This document shows positions 60,407-64,000 of a stretch of 64,000 bases of DNA, piece after piece. Below the pieces are notes generated by a model. That model did no database searches. It was given only the letters and a program-made list of their open reading frames with translations, and was not told where the DNA came from. Position numbers and translations under genes: made by a program. Each line of letters starts with the position of its first letter. Position 1 is the stretch's first letter. Source of the stretch: Eledone cirrhosa (Eukaryota); contig OZ024740.1 in the NCBI GenBank assembly GCA_964016885.1, positions 94,922,001 to 94,986,000 on the forward strand, written 5' to 3'.

Positions 60407-60772
60407 GATATTAAATAAATGGAAACTATATTTATAAAACCATATTTATTCTATTATGTATATTTAAAGGGTACCAAAACTTTGGTAAGCTTTCATCAGA
60501 AAAAATACAATGTTCGTTTTATAAATGTTGACTTAGGCAAGGAACATACCTTAAAGGTTGAAGCTTTCCCGTTATGGTATGTTCCTTGGCTATATCAAAA
60601 TTTATAAAACATACTTTGTATTTTATCTGATGAAAGCTTACCAAAGTGTTGGCACACTTGAAATATATATATAATAGAATAAATAAGGTTTTTTAAATAT
60701 AGTTTCCATTTATTTAACATCATTGAATATTATACTCCAGGAAACTTGTCGAGTGCTCTGAATCAATTATAA
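60400..60772. repeat. Palindromic element P, copy 3 (HHR 60619-60681 +)
   Basis: Same arms, spacer and tail (tatactccaggaaac..gagtgctctgaatcaattata) as 50802-51175. Confidence 0.85.
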
Positions 60773-61055
60773 ACAAGTATATATGTATGCAAGCGTGAAT
60801 ATGTGTTTAGCCATGAAGTATTCAAATAGTAGGAATTGCACTTGAATATAGAATTTGAACTAGAATAGGTTTCAATAAACAGGTAATAAAATGAAGATTG
60901 ATATACATAGATTTACTCTATTTACAATAAAATAATATGGATTGTTATGGCATTCTCAGTATTATAACGAACAAATATTACAAACTGAAATTATTATTAT
61001 GAATACGTTATTTTTGTAAATTGAATTGCATTGAAGCGTCATCATGTTTATTATA

Positions 61056-61991
61056 TCTCTATATATATAAAATTAAGTATGTATGTGTGTCTGTGTGTCT
61101 GTGTATTACCTATATGGGCCTACATCTAACGACCGATTTTCATGAAATGTTACACGGTCATAGAGTAGTCATCTGGGAGTGTTTTCCATGTATCAGCGTA
61201 TCGTTCTTTTATTCCGGGGTCATTCTGCAGATAAAAATCAATAGGGATGTCAGCTTTTTTTAGGTATGAGAAAAATAAGATTGTTGGCTCTAGCTCCCAC
61301 ATGTTGCTGCCGATTTCGTTCAAAATTTAAAGCAAAATAGAATTTATAATTGCACTTCGTTTACATGCTTTATATTTTGCATTTGTTGTTCAGGGACGGC
61401 GTGGCAGGCAGCCGCTTAAATATTCAAAAATACACATTTAGATTCAAATTTCCACTATTTCCGCTCTAGCTCCCAAATTAATCAACCTACTTTGTTCAAA
61501 TTTTAGATTACGCTACAACTGATTATTTCACGTCTTAAAGTGGATTTACATTTTGGAGCTTTTGTACAGAAACGGCGTGGCAGCCGCTTAATATTCGAAA
61601 ATACCACCTTTTCGCTCACATTTCCGCCTTTTCGGCTCTAGCTGCCACATTTTTCAACCAATTACGTTCAAATTCGAAACTTCGGCTCCACCTCACACAT
61701 AAATCAATTTATTTGGTTCAACTTTTATACTACGATAGAACCTATCATTGCACATCTTATAGTAGCTTTACACTTTGCATCTTTTGTTCAGGGACAGCGT
61801 AGCAGCCGTTTAATTCTTCAAAATACGATTTTTTCCATCTCCCACATATTCCATAAGATTTCACTCAACATTTCGCCAATTGCTACACCTTACGACCGAT
61901 TTTCAAGAAAGTCGCAGTCGCTAAGATCAACGGCTTTTCATCATTCAGATATTATTTTACCTAACCAGGCAAAGCTGGGTACTGCTGCTAT
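61056..61991 (+). mobile_element. Non-autonomous Helitron-like element with internal subrepeats
   Basis: A|TCTCTATATATATAAAA start; 3' ccaggcaaagctggg hairpin-like segment then gctgCTAT (CTAG-like); recurring ctctagctcccaca and gggacggcgtggcagccgcttaa blocks. Confidence 0.6.
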
Positions 61992-61995
61992 TATA

Positions 61996-62038
<43 letters not shown>

Positions 62039-62271
62039 TATTTTGGTTGTTTACCGACACCACAGTATGCAGATTGGAGCACTCGACTAAGTACGCATGT
62101 TGGTTTGGTTACCCCGGAGTAATGTGAAATAATTAATTCAAATATTTAAAATTTGGCTTCGTTTTTTAAGGATGTACTGCTATATCTATTTCGGTGACAT
62201 GTTGTTGAAGTGTTTATATAAAGCCGTATATATTTAATAAACGAAGCCAAATTTTAAATATTTGATTTAAT

Positions 62272-62392
<121 letters not shown>

Positions 62393-62670
62393 ATGCGTGT
62401 GTGCGTGCGTGCGTATGTGTGTGTCTGTGTGTAAAAGTTGAGAGTAAGCTGATATATATTTATGTGCCTCCAAATAGTAATGCCTCTTTGACATTTAAAT
62501 TCAAGCAGACAAAATCCTTATTTAATGTAAACTGTCAAATAAAACTAATGATGGTTACTTAAAAATATTTGAACATGCAAATGCTGCTGCGATTTAGGTG
62601 CACAATGCGTCATTCCCATCCACCACTCTCTAAAGAATACACAAACATACATACGCACATATATTTATAG

Positions 62671-62736
<66 letters not shown>

Positions 62737-64000
62737 GGTAAAAATGAAACGAAATTTCATTTCTCACTCTTAGTACGGCTATTACTTAAATATAAGTTTG
62801 TATACGTACATACATATATGTATATATAGACGTACAGTAGTACGTATACATGTATACATACATGCACACCCACACACACACACATATATATACATATATA
62901 TATACGTATGGATTCACCGAACATTTATTATAATGCTTGGTGTCTTTGTAAACAAATTCCCGAATTAAGCCGTACAGTGCTCATTTGTTCAACACTGACA
63001 AAGGACGCTGTGGTGGATTTGAGCATTATAATAAATGTTCGATGAATCCATACGTACATATATATATATATGTGTGCATGCATGTATATATATATACGTA
63101 CTACTGTACATCTGTATACATATATGTATGTACGTATACATACTTATATATATATACATATATATGAATATATATTGTGTGCATTTGTGAGTGTCCGAGC
63201 ATATATATACATAAACAGTCATGAATATTTTCTTTTAAGTTTCTGTGATAAAAATAATAGTTAAACCTTATTCATATGGTCCGTCTGTGATAAAGATTAT
63301 TATTTCATGCATTGAATCGGAAAGCAATGAATGTTTACTTTTTCTGATATCAAATTCTCTCAATAAATATAACGATTATTCAATATTCGCGAAACTGTAA
63401 TTTGTGTCTAGGTACTTGTTACTCATAAATGAAATGACAAAACAATTCATCATAATACATATTTAGCTGGAAATATTTTATCGGTATACTATAGGACACT
63501 TTTCCAGGATGAACATAACATTTACTATGATATTAATATTTCGAAAACATAATATATTTCTCATAAGTACCAATGTATCTTGAAACATTCAGTTCTGTAT
63601 TTTTCTTGTCTATTTTGCTTATATTGATGAAATGATATTTCAGAGGGTTACTCTTAAATATATATTAAAATAAAATAAACTATACCTGCATATTGAACAA
63701 TATTCCCACACATATGCAGGCGTTTTCTTAATATTTTAAGTGGATTGACAGAATCTCTACAATTTCTGACAACTAAGTTGTAAAATATAGTTACAGCTTA
63801 TTAAGGTTTTGATTTCTACCATTGCCCATGCCAGCTACGTGTCTCTTATATCCAGGCTTAATGGAAAATGATTCAATACTGAAATTAATGTAATAGACCA
63901 ACCACACAAACAAAAAATGAAACTAAAATGAAACTAGAAAACAGCAATATTATCAGTGCCTGGAACGTTGATATATCTCCATGAAAATTATGCATAGTAA

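Overview
Eukaryotic, very AT-rich, repeat-saturated DNA with no recognisable host protein-coding gene. A tRNA-derived SINE of the type I recall from Octopus genomes, plus the (TA)n/(CA)n load, suggests a cephalopod (inference). The window is a nested pile-up of Penelope-like retroelements (PLEs: RT + C-terminal GIY-YIG) of at least three types: Naiad-like (GLYRDD, CxC-x5-C-x5-C linker), Neptune-like and one near full-length Nematis/Poseidon-like copy. It also holds a CR1-group LINE, RTE fragments, Helitron remnants and a SINE. Most PLE pieces sit in (TA)n tracts, and about a dozen form fold-back (inverted) structures. Read by eye, the non-coding ends carry more than 25 type I hammerhead-ribozyme (HHR) motifs from several unrelated families, roughly half with intact cores and many with a palindromic stem III. 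Some lie in tandem non-coding monomers of 369, 523 and 535 nt (retrozyme/circRNA-like), one has a 115-nt stem II, and one family keeps a non-canonical CAGAAGA core with a compensatory base change. Most ORFs in the supplied track are microsatellite artefacts. Element boundaries are approximate, and all folding and alignment was done by eye.
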